A DNA stretch of 64,000 bases from Azolla caroliniana (taxonomy: Eukaryota > Plantae > Polypodiophyta): the NCBI GenBank assembly GCA_043228905.1, contig JBHGNT010000032.1, forward strand, positions 186,001-250,000. The letters are read 5' to 3'. The notes under the pieces are model-generated. The model had not been told where the DNA came from. It saw only the letters and a program-made list of their open reading frames with translations, and did no database searches. A program made the position numbers and the translations under genes. Every line of letters starts with the position of its first letter. Position 1 is the stretch's first letter. Below, in pieces: positions 14,229-26,263 of this stretch.

Positions 14229-15295
14229 AAGGGCTGTTCTCAACTCCGTCCTCAAGTTTGCTATTTTCGTCATGTCTCTGGACCTGAGTTTCAAAATATT
14301 GATTTTTTAATTCCATATCATAGCTAGCGTTTCAAGCTTCGATTTGCATGTTTGAACACAAAAATCCGATATCACACGACCCAGGTATGAACATTTTAAT
14401 TTACTCAAGGGCTCCTCTCAACTCCCTCCTCAAGTTTGCTATTTTCGTCATGTCTCTCGACCTGAGTTTCAAAATCTTGATTTTTTAATTCCATATCATA
14501 GCTAGCGTTTCAAGCTTCGATTTGCATGTTTGAACACAAAAATCCGATATCACACGAGCCAGGTATGAACATTTTAATTTACTCAAGGGCTCCTCTCAAC
14601 TCCCTCCTCAAGTTTGCTATTTTCGTCATGTCTCTCGACCTGAGTTTCAAAATCTTGATTTTTTAATTCCATATCATAGCTAGCGTTTCAAGCTTCGATT
14701 CGCATGTTTGAACACAAAAATCCGATATCACACGAGCCAGGTATGAACATTTTAATTTACTCAAGGGCTCCTCTCAACTCCCTCCTCAAGTTTGCTATTT
14801 TCTTCATGTCTCTCGACCTGAGTTTTAAAATCTTGATTTTTTAATTCCATATCATAGCTAGCGTTTCAAGCTTCGATTTGCATGTTTGAACACAAAAATC
14901 CGATATCACACGAGCCAGGTATGAACATTTTAATTTACTCAAGGGCTCCTCTCAACTCCCTCCTCAAGTTTGCTATTTTCGTCATGTCTCTCGACCTGAG
15001 TTTCAAAATCTTGATTTTTTAATTCCATATCATACCTCACGTAGTTGGCTTCGATTCGCATGTTTGAAGACAAAAATCCGATATCACACGAGCCAGGTAT
15101 GAACATTTTAATTACTTAAGGGCTCCTCTCAACTCCCTCCTCAAGTTTGCTATTTTCGTCATGTCTCTCGACCTGAGTTTCAAAATCTTGATTTTTTAAT
15201 TCCATATCATAGCTAGCGTTTCAAGCTTCGATTCGCATGTTTGAACACAAAAATCCGATATCACACGAGCCAGGTATGAACATTTTAATTTACTC

Positions 15296-17431
15296 AAGGG
15301 CTCCTCTCAACTCCCTCCTCAAGTTTGCTATTTTCGTCATGTCTCTTGACCTGAGTTTGAAATTCTTGATTTTTTAATTCCATATCATAGCTAGCGTTTC
15401 AAGCTTCGATTTGCATGTTTGAACACTAAAATCCGATATCACACGAGCCAGGTATGAACATTTTAATTTACTCAAGGGCTCCTCTCAACTCCCTCCTCAA
15501 GTTTGCTATTTTCGTCATGTCTCTCGACCTGAGCTTCAAAATCTTGATTTTTTAATTCCATATCATAGCTAGCGTTGTTAGCTTCGATTCGCATGTTTGA
15601 ACACAAAAATCCGATATCACACGAGCCAGGTATGAACATTTTAATTTACTCAAGGGCTGTTCTCAACTCACTCCTCAAATTTGCTATTTTCGTCATGTCT
15701 CTCGACCTGAGTTTCAAAATCTTGATTTTTTAATTCCATATCATAGGTCGCGTTGTTGGCTTCGATTCGCATGTTTGAACACAGAAATCCGATATCACAC
15801 GAGCCAGGTATGAACATTTTAATTTACTCAAGGGCTCCTTTCAACTCCCTCCTCAAGTTTGCTATTTTCGTCATGTCTCTCGACCTGAGTTTCAAAATCT
15901 TGATTTTTTTATTCCATATCATAGCTAGCGTCGTTAGCTTCGATTTGCATGTTTGAACACAAAAATCCGATATCACACGAGCCAGGTATGAACATTTTAA
16001 TTTACTCAAGGGCTCCTCTCAACTCCCTCCTCAAGTTTGCTATTTTCGTCATGTCTCTCGACCTGAGTTTGAAATTCTTGATTTTTTAATTCCATATCAT
16101 AGCTAGCGTTTCAAGCTTCGATTTGCATGTTTGAACACAAAAATCCGATATCACACGAGCCAGGTATGAACATTTTAATTTACTCAAGGGCTCCTCTCAA
16201 CTCCCTCCTCAAATTTGCTATTTTCGTCATGTCTCTCGACCTGAGTTTCAAAATCTTGATTTTTTAATTCCATATCATACCTCACGTAGTTGGCTTCGAT
16301 TCGCATGTTTGAACACAAAAATCCGATATCACACGAGCCAGGTATGAACATTTTAATTTACTCAAGGGCTCCTCTCAACTCCCTCCTCAAGTTTGCTATT
16401 TTCGTCATGTCTCTTGACCTGAGTTTGAAATTCTTGATTTTTTAATTCCATATCATAGCTAGCGTTTCAAGCTTCGATTTGCATGTTTGAACACTAAAAT
16501 CCGATATCACACGAGCCAGGTATGAACATTTTAATTTACTCAAGGGCTCCTCTCAACTCCCTCCTCAAGTTTGCTATTTTCGTCATGTCTCTCGACCTGA
16601 GCTTCAAAATCTTGATTTTTTAATTCCATATCATAGCTAGCGTTGTTAGCTTCGATTCGCATGTTTGAACACAAAAATCCGATATCACACGAGCCAGGTA
16701 TGAACATTTTAATTTACTCAAGGGCTGTTCTCAACTCACTCCTCAAATTTGCTATTTTCGTCATGTCTCTCGACCTGAGTTTCAAAATCTTGATTTTTTA
16801 ATTCCATATCATAGGTCGCGTTGTTGGCTTCGATTCGCATGTTTGAACACAGAAATCCGATATCACACGAGCCAGGTATGAACATTTTAATTTACTCAAG
16901 GGCTCCTTTCAACTCCCTCCTCAAGTTTGCTATTTTCGTCATGTCTCTCGACCTGAGTTTCAAAATCTTGATTTTTTTATTCCATATCATAGCTAGCGTC
17001 GTTAGCTTCGATTTGCATGTTTGAACACAAAAATCCGATATCACACGAGCCAGGTATGAACATTTTAATTTACTCAAGGGCTCCTCTCAACTCCCTCCTC
17101 AAGTTTGCTATTTTCGTCATGTCTCTCGACCTGAGTTTGAAATTCTTGATTTTTTAATTCCATATCATAGCTAGCGTTTCAAGCTTCGATTTGCATGTTT
17201 GAACACAAAAATCCGATATCACACGAGCCAGGTATGAACATTTTAATTTACTCAAGGGCTCCTCTCAACTCCCTCCTCAAATTTGCTATTTTCGTCATGT
17301 CTCTCGACCTGAGTTTCAAAATCTTGATTTTTTAATTCCATATCATACCTCACGTAGTTGGCTTCGATTCGCATGTTTGAACACAAAAATCCGATATCAC
17401 ACGAGCCAGGTATGAACATTTTAATTTACTC
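15296..17431 (+). repeat. 6-mer tandem duplication (1068 bp)
   Basis: Private CTCTTGAC variant at 15347 and 16415. ORF pairs 15753/16821 and 15824/16892 are offset by 1068 = 6x178. Confidence 0.88.
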
Positions 17432-19445
17432 AAGGGCTCCTTTCAACTCCCTCCTCAAGTTTGCTATTTTCGTCATGTCTCTCGACCTGAGTTTCAAAAT
17501 CTTGATTTTTTTATTCCATATCATAGCTAGCGTCGTTAGCTTCGATTTGCATGTTTGAACACAAAAATCCGATATCACACGAGCCAGGTATGAACATTTT
17601 AATTTACTCAAGGGCTCCTCTCAACTCCCTCCTCAAGTTTGCTATTTTCGTCATGTCTCTCGACCTGAGTTTGAAATTCTTGATTTTTTAATTCCATATC
17701 ATAGCTAGCGTTTCAAGCTTCGATTTGCATGTTTGAACACAAAAATCCGATATCCATATCATACCTTACGTAGTTGGCTTCGATTCGCATGTTTGAACAC
17801 AAAAATCCGATATCACACGAGACAGGTATGAACATTTTAATTACTTAAGGGCTCCTCTCAACTCCCTCCTCAAGTTTGCTATTTTCATCATGTCTCTCGA
17901 CCTGGGTTTCAAAATCTTGATTTTTTAATTCCATATCATAGCTCGCGTTGTTGGCTTCGATTCGCATGTTTGAACACAAAAATCCGATATCACACGAGCC
18001 AGGTATGAACATTTTAATTTACTCAAGGGCTCCTCTCAACTCCCTCCTCAAGTTTGCTATTTTCGTCATGTCTCTCGACCTGAGTTTGAAATTCTTGATT
18101 TTTTAATTGCATATCTTAGCTAGCGTTGTTAGCTTCGATTCGCATGTTTGAACACAAAAATCCGATATCACACGAGCCAGGTATGAACATTTTAATTTAC
18201 TCAAGGGCTGTTCTCAACTCACTCCTCAAATTTGCTATTTTCGTCATGTCTCTCGACCTGAGTTTTAAAATCTTGATTTTTTAATTCCATATCATAGCTA
18301 GCGTTTCAAGCTTCGATTTGCATGTTTGAACACAAAAATCCGATATCACACGAGCCAGGTATGAACATTTTAATTTACTCAAGGGCTCCTCTCAACTCAC
18401 TCCTCAAGTTTGCTATTTTCGTCATGTCTCTCGACTTGAGTTTCAAAATCTTGATTTTTTAATTCCATATCATACCTCACGTAGTTGGCTTCAATTCGCA
18501 TGTTCGAACACAAAAATCCGATATCACACGAGCCAGGTATGAACATTTTAATTACTTAACGGCTCCTCTCAACTCCCTCCTCAAGTTTGCTATTTTCGTC
18601 ATGTCTCTCGACCTGAGTTTCAAAATCTTGATTTTTTAATTCCATATCATAGCTAGCGTCGTTAGCTTCGATTTGCATGTTTGAACACAAAAATCCGATA
18701 TCACACGAGCCAGGTATGAACATTTTAATTACTTAAGGGCTCCTCTCAACTCCCTCCTCAAGTTTGCTATTTTCGTCATGTCTCTCGACCTGAGTTTCAA
18801 AATCTTGATTTTTTAATTCCATATCATACCTCACGTAGTTGCCTTCGATTCGCATGTTTGAACACAAAAATCCGATATCACACGAGCCAGGTATGAACAT
18901 TTTAATTACTTAAGGGCTCCTCTCAACTCCCTCCTCAAGTTTGCTATTTTCGTCATGTCTCTCGACCTGAGTTTCAAAATCTTGATTTTTTAATTCCATA
19001 TCATAGCTAGCGTTGTTAGCTTCGATTCGCATGTTTGAAAACAAAAATCCGATATCACACGAGCCAGGTATGAACATTTTAATTTACTCAAGCGCTGTTC
19101 TCAACTCACTCCTCAAATTTGCTATTTTCGTCATGTCTCTCGACCTGAGTTTCAAAGTCTTTATTTTATAATTCCATATCATAGCTCGCGTTGTTGGCTT
19201 CGATTCGCATGTTTGAACACAAAAATCCGATATCACACGAGCCAGGTATGAACATTTTAATTTACTCAAGGGCTCCTCTCAACTCCCTCCTCAAGTTTGC
19301 TATTTTCGTCATGTCTCTCGACCTGAGCTTCAAAATCTTGATTTTTTAATTCCATATCATAGCTCGCGTTGTTGGCTTCGATTCGCATGTTTGAACACAA
19401 AAATCCGATATCACACGAGCCAGGTATGAACATTTTAATTTACTC

Positions 19446-22400
19446 AAGGGCTCCTCTCAACTCCCTCCTCAAGTTTGCTATTTTCGTCATGTCTCTCGAC
19501 CTGAGCTTCAAAATCTTGATTTTTTAATTCCATATCATAGCTCGCGTTGTTGGCTTCGATTCGCATGTTTGAACACAAAAATCCGATATCACACGAGCCA
19601 GGTATGAACATTTTAATTTACTCAAGGGCTCCTCTCAACTCCCTCCTCAAGTTTGCTATTTTCGTCATGTCTCTCGACCTGAGCTTCAAAATCTTGATTT
19701 TTTAATTCCATATCATAGCTCGCGTTGTTGCCTTCGATTCGCATGTTTGAACACAAAAATCCGATATCACAAGAGCCAGGTATGAACATTTTAATTTACT
19801 CAAGGGCTCCTCTCAATTCCCTCCTCAAGTTTGCTATTTTCGTCATGTCTCTCGACCTGAGTTTGAAATTCTTGATTTTTTAATTCCATATCATAGCTAG
19901 CGTTTCAAGCTTCGATATGCATGTTTGAACACAAAAATCCGATATCACACGAGCCAGGTATGAACATTTTAATTTACTCAAGGGCTCCTCTCAACTCCCT
20001 CCTCAAATTTGCTATTTTCGTCATGTCTCTCGACCTGAGTTTCAAAATCTTGATTTTTTAATTCCATATCATAGCTAGCGTTGTTAGCTTCGATTTGCAT
20101 GTTTGAACACAAAAATCCGATATCACACGAGCCAGGTATGAACATTTTAATTTACTCAAGGGCTCCTCTCAACTCCCTCCTCAAGTTTGCTATTTTCGTC
20201 ATGTCTCTCGACCTGAGTTTCAAATTCTTGATTTTTTAATTCCATATCATAGCTAGCATCGTTAGCTTCGATTTGCATGTTTGAACACAAAAATCCGATA
20301 TCACACGACCCAGGTATGAACATTTTAATCTACTCAAGGGCTCCTCTCAACTCCCTCCTCAAGTTTGCTATTTTCGTCATGTTTAATTCTATATCATAGC
20401 TAGCGTTTCAAGCTTCGATTTGCATGTTTGAACACAAAAATCCGATATCACACGAGCCAGGTATGAACATTTTAATTTACTCAAGGGCTCCTCTCAACTC
20501 CCTCCTCAAGTTTGCTATTTTCGTCATGTCTCTCGACCTGAGTTTCAAAATCTTGATTTTTTAATTCCATATCATACCTCACGTAGTTGGCTTCGATTCG
20601 CATGTTTGAACACAAAAATCCGATATCACACGAGCCAGGTATGAACATTTTAATTACTTAAGGGCTCCTCTCAACTCCCTCCTCAAGTTTGCTATTTTCG
20701 TCATGTCTCTCGACCTGAGTTTAAAAATCTTGATTTTTTAATTCCATATCATAGCTAGCGTTGTTAGCTTCGATTCGCATGTTTGAAAACAAAAATCCGA
20801 TATCACACGAGCCAGGTATGAACATTTTAATTTACTCAAGGGCTCCTCTCAACTCCCTCCTCAAGTTTGCTATTTTCGTCATGTCTCTCGACCTGAGTTT
20901 AAAAATCTTGATTTTTTAATTCCATATCATAGCTAGCGTTTCAAGCTTCGATTTGCATGTTTGAACACAAAAATCCGAGATCACACGAGCCAGGTATGAA
21001 TATTTTAATTTACTCAAGGGCTCCTCTCAACTCCCTCCTCAAGTTTGCTATTTTCTTCATGTCTCTCGACCTGAGCTTCAAAATCTTGATTTTTTAATTC
21101 CATATCATAGCTCGCGTTGTTGGCTTCGATTCGCATGTTTGAACACAAAAATCCGATATCACACGAGCCAGGTATGAACATTTTAATTTACTCAAGGGCT
21201 CCTCTCAACTCCCTCCTCAAGTTTGCTATTTTCGTCATGTCTCTCGACCTGAGCTTCAAAATCTTGATTTTTTAATTCCATATCATAGCTCGCGTTGTTG
21301 GCTTCGATTCGCATGTTTGAACACAAAAATCCGATATCACAAGAGCCAGGTATGAACATTTTAATTTACTCAAGCGCTCCTCTCAATTCCCTCCTCAAGT
21401 TTGCTATTTTCGTCATGTCTCTCGACCTGAGTTTGAAATTCTTGATTTTTTAATTCCATATCATAGCTAGCGTTTCAAGCTTCGATATGCATGTTTGAAC
21501 ACAAAAATCCGATATCACACGAGCCAGGTATGAACATTTTAATTTACTCAAGGGCTCCTCTCAACTCCCTCCTCAAATTTGCTATTTTCGTCATGTCTCT
21601 CGACCTGAGTTTCAAAATCTTGATTTTTTAATTCCATATCATAGCTAGCGTTGTTAGCTTCGATTTGCATGTTTGAACACAAAAATCCGATATCACACGA
21701 GCCAGGTATGAACATTTTAATTTACTCAAGGGCTCCTCTCAACTCCCTCCTCAAGTTTGCTATTTTCGTCATGTCTCTCGACCTGAGTTTCAAATTCTTG
21801 ATTTTTTAATTCCATATCATAGCTAGCATCGTTAGCTTCGATTTGCATGTTTGAACACAAAAATCCGATATCACACGACCCAGGTATGAACATTTTAATC
21901 TACTCAAGGGCTCCTCTCAACTCCCTCCTCAAGTTTGCTATTTTCGTCATGTTTAATTCTATATCATAGCTAGCGTTTCAAGCTTCGATTTGCATGTTTG
22001 AACACAAAAATCCGATATCACACGAGCCAGGTATGAACATTTTAATTTACTCAAGGGCTCCTCTCAACTCCCTCCTCAAGTTTGCTATTTTCGTCATGTC
22101 TCTCGACCTGAGTTTCAAAATCTTGATTTTTTAATTCCATATCATACCTCACGTAGTTGGCTTCGATTCGCATGTTTGAACACAAAAATCCGATATCACA
22201 CGAGCCAGGTATGAACATTTTAATTACTTAAGGGCTCCTCTCAACTCCCTCCTCAAGTTTGCTATTTTCGTCATGTCTCTCGACCTGAGTTTAAAAATCT
22301 TGATTTTTTAATTCCATATCATAGCTAGCGTTGTTAGCTTCGATTCGCATGTTTGAAAACAAAAATCCGATATCACACGAGCCAGGTATGAACATTTTAA

Positions 22401-22585
22401 TTTACTCAAGGGCTCCTCTCAACTCCCTCCTCAAGTTTGCTATTTTCGTCATGTCTCTCGACCTGAGTTTAAAAATCTTGATTTTTTAATTCCATATCAT
22501 AGCTAGCGTTGTTAGCTTCGATTTGCATGTTTGAACACAAAAATCCGATATCACACGAGCCAGGTATGAATATTTTAATTTACTC
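19446..22585 (+). repeat. 9-mer HOR, two copies (1570 bp); repeated at 30472-33611
   Basis: CACAAGAG at 19771/21341, 31-bp deletion at 20381/21951, GAATATTT at 21001/22571. 7x178+177+147=1570. Confidence 0.88.
20336..20482 (+). repeat. 147-bp monomer (31-bp internal deletion); junctions at 20381, 21951, 31407, 32977
   Basis: Junction CGTCATGT|TTAATTCTATATC. Monomer starts at 20336 and 20483. Confidence 0.92.
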
Positions 22586-23297
22586 AAGGGCTCCTCTCAA
22601 CTCCCTCCTCAAGTTTGCTATTTTCGTCATGTCTCTCGACCTGAGTTTGAAATTCTTGATTTTTTAATTCCATATGATAGCTAGCGTTTCAAGCTTCGAT
22701 TCGCATGTTTGAACACAAAAATCCGATATCACACGAGCCAGGTATGAACATTTTAATTTACTCAAGGGCTCCTCTCAACTCCCTCCTCAAATTTGCTATT
22801 TTCGTCATGTCTCTCGACCTGAGTTTCAAAATCTTGATTTTTTAATTCCATATCATAGCTAGCGTTGTTAGCTTCGATTTGCATGTTTGAACACAAAAAT
22901 CCGATATCACACGAGCCAGGTATGAACATTTTAATTTACTCAAGGGCTCCTCTCAACTCCCTCCTCAAGTTTGCTATTTTCGTCATGTCTCTCGACCTGA
23001 GTTTCAAATTCTTGATTTTTTAATTCCATATCATAGCTAGCGTTTCAAGCTTCGATTCGCATGTTTGAACACAAAAATCCGATATCACACGAGCCAGGTA
23101 TGAACATTTTAATTTACTCAAGGGCTCCTCTCAACTCCCTCCTCAAGTTTGCTATTTTCGTCATGTCTCTCAACCTGAGTTTGAAATTCTTGATTTTTTA
23201 ATTCCATATCATAGCTAGCGTTTCAAGCTTCGATTTGCATGTTTGAACACAAAAATCCGATATCACACGAGCCAGGTATGAACATTTTAATTTACTC

Positions 23298-23595
23298 AAG
23301 GGCTCCTCTCAACTCCCTCCTCAAGTTTGCTATTTTCGTCATGTCTCTCGACCTGAGCTTCAAAATCTTGATTTTTTAATTCCATATCATACCTCACGTA
23401 GTTGGCTTCGATTCGCATGTTTGAACACAAAAATCCCTCCTCTAGTTTGCTATTTTCGTCATGTCTCTCGACCTGAGTTTGAAATTCTTGATTTTTTAAT
23501 TCCATATCATAGCTAGCGTTGTTAGCTTCGATTTGCATGTTTGAACACAAAAATCCGATATCACACGAGCCAGGTATGAACATTTTAATTTACTC
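23298..23595 (+). repeat. Dimer with 58-bp deletion (120-bp local period); junctions at 23436, 28001, 34462, 39027, 43238, 49229, 63753
   Basis: Junction CACAAAAATCC|CTCCTCTAGTTTG. ATGTCTCTCGACC at 23341 and 23461. Coincides with all seven 95-aa ORFs. Confidence 0.92.
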
Positions 23596-23773
23596 AAGGG
23601 CTGTTCTCAACTCACTCCTCAAGTTTGCTATTTTCGTCATGTCTCTCGACCTGAGTTTGAAATTCTTGATTTTTTAATTCCATATCATAGCTCACGTAGT
23701 TGGCTTCGATTCGCATGTTTGAACACAAAAATCCGATATCACACGAGCCAGGTATGAACATTTTAATTTACTC

Positions 23774-26263
23774 AAGGGCTCCTCTCAACTCCCTCCTCAA
23801 GTTTGCTATTTTCGTCATGTCTCTCGACCTGAGTTTCAAAATCTTGATATTTTAATTCCATATCATAGCTAGCGTTTCAAGCTTCGATTCGCATGTTTGA
23901 ACACAAAAATCCGATATCACACGAGCCAGGTATGAACATTTTAATTTACTCAAGGGCTCCTCTCAACTCCCTCCTCAAGTTTGCTATTTTCTTCATGTCT
24001 CTCGACCTGAGTTTTAAAATCTTGATTTTTTAATTCCATATCATAGCTAGCGTTTCAAGCTTCGATTCGCATGTTTGAACACAAAAATCCGATATCACAC
24101 GAGCCAGGTATGAACATTTTAATTTACTCAAGGGCTCCTCTCAACTCCCTCCTCAAGTTTGCTATTTTCGTCATGTCTCTCGACCTGAGTTTCAAAATCT
24201 TGATTTTTTAATTCCATATCATACCTCACGTAGTTGGCTTCGATTCGCATGTTTGAAGACAAAAATCCGATATCACACGAGCCAGGTATGAACATTTTAA
24301 TTACTTAAGGGCTCCTCTCAACTCCCTCCTCAAGTTTGCTATTTTCGTCATGTCTCTCGACCTGAGTTTCAAAATCTTGATTTTTTAATTCCCTATCATA
24401 GCTAGCGTTTCAAGCTTCGATTCGCATGTTTGAACACAAAAATCCGATATCACACGAGCCAGGTATGAACATTTTAATTTACTCAAGGGCTGTTCTCAAC
24501 TCCGTCCTCAAGTTTGCTATTTTCGTCATGTCTCTGGACCTGAGTTTCAAAATATTGATTTTTTAATTCCATATCATAGCTAGCGTTTCAAGCTTCGATT
24601 TGCATGTTTGAACACAAAAATCCGATATCACACGACCCAGGTATGAACATTTTAATTTACTCAAGGGCTCCTCTCAACTCCCTCCTCAAGTTTGCTATTT
24701 TCGTCATGTCTCTCGACCTGAGTTTCAAAATCTTGATTTTTTAATTCCATATCATAGCTAGCGTTTCAAGCTTCGATTTGCATGTTTGAACACAAAAATC
24801 CGATATCACACGAGCCAGGTATGAACATTTTAATTTACTCAAGGGCTCCTCTCAACTCCCTCCTCAAGTTTGCTATTTTCGTCATATCTCTCGACCTGAG
24901 TTTCAAAATCTTGATTTTTTAATTCCATATCATAGCTAGCGTTTCAAGCTTCGATTCGCATGTTTGAACACAAAAATCCGATATCACACGAGCCAGGTAT
25001 GAACATTTTAATTTACTCAAGGGCTCCTCTCAACTCCCTCCTCAAGTTTGCTATTTTCTTCATGTCTCTCGACCTGAGTTTTAAAATCTTGATTTTTTAA
25101 TTCCATATCATAGCTAGCGTTTCAAGCTTCGATTTGCATGTTTGAACACAAAAATCCGATATCACACGAGCCAGGTATGAACATTTTAATTTACTCAAGG
25201 GCTCCTCTCAACTCCCTCCTCAAGTTTGCTATTTTCGTCATGTCTCTCGACCTGAGTTTCAAAATCTTGATTTTTTAATTCCATATCATACCTCACGTAG
25301 TTGGCTTCGATTCGCATGTTTGAAGACAAAAATCCGATATCACACGAGCCAGGTATGAACATTTTAATTACTTAAGGGCTCCTCTCAACTCCCTCCTCAA
25401 GTTTGCTATTTTCGTCATGTCTCTCGACCTGAGTTTCAAAATCTTGATTTTTTAATTCCCTATCATAGCTAGCGTTTCAAGCTTCGATTCGCATGTTTGA
25501 ACACAAAAATCCGATATCACACGAGCCAGGTATGAACATTTTAATTTACTCAAGGGCTGTTCTCAACTCCGTCCTCAAGTTTGCTATTTTCGTCATGTCT
25601 CTGGACCTGAGTTTCAAAATATTGATTTTTTAATTCCATATCATAGCTAGCGTTTCAAGCTTCGATTTGCATGTTTGAACACAAAAATCCGATATCACAC
25701 GACTCAGGTATGAACATTTTAATTTACTCAAGGGCTCCTCTCAACTCCCTCCTCAAGTTTGCTATTTTCGTCATGTCTCTCGACCTGAGTTTCAAAATCT
25801 TGATTTTTTAATTCCATATCATAGCTAGCGTTTCAAGCTTCGATTTGCATGTTTGAACACAAAAATCCGATATCACACGAGCCAGGTATGAACATTTTAT
25901 TTTACTCAAGGGCTCCTCTCAACTCCCTCCTCAAGTTTGCTATTTTCGTCATGTCTCTCGACCTGAGTTTCAAAATCTTGATTTTTTAATTCCATATCAT
26001 AGCTAGCGTTTCAAGCTTCGATTCGCATGTTTGAACACAAAAATCCGATATCACACGAGCCAGGTATGAACATTTTAATTTACTCAAGGGCTCCTCTCAA
26101 CTCCCTCCTCAAGTTTGCTATTTTCTTCATGTCTCTCGACCTGAGTTTTAAAATCTTGATTTTTTAATTCCATATCATAGCTAGCGTTTCAAGCTTCGAT
26201 TTGCATGTTTGAACACAAAAATCCGATATCACACGACCCAGGTATGAACATTTTAATCTACTC
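23774..26263 (+). repeat. 6-mer HOR, ~2.3 copies (1067 bp); repeated at 34800-37289
   Basis: TTCCCTATC monomers at 24307/25374, TGGACC monomers at 24485/25552, TTTTCTTC+GTTTTAAA monomers at 23952/25019/26086. Confidence 0.85.

Larger units (their letters stand above)
2492..17850 (+). repeat. Left HOR domain: mosaic of recurring multi-monomer cassettes
   Basis: A cassette marked by ACTAAAAT, GGTCGCG+CACAGAAAT and CCTTTCAAC+TTTTTTTATTCC starts at 2492, 5041, 7887, 15296 and 16364. The TCCGTC+TGGACC+AAATATT monomer starts at 6820, 10259, 12807 and 14229. Confidence 0.85.
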
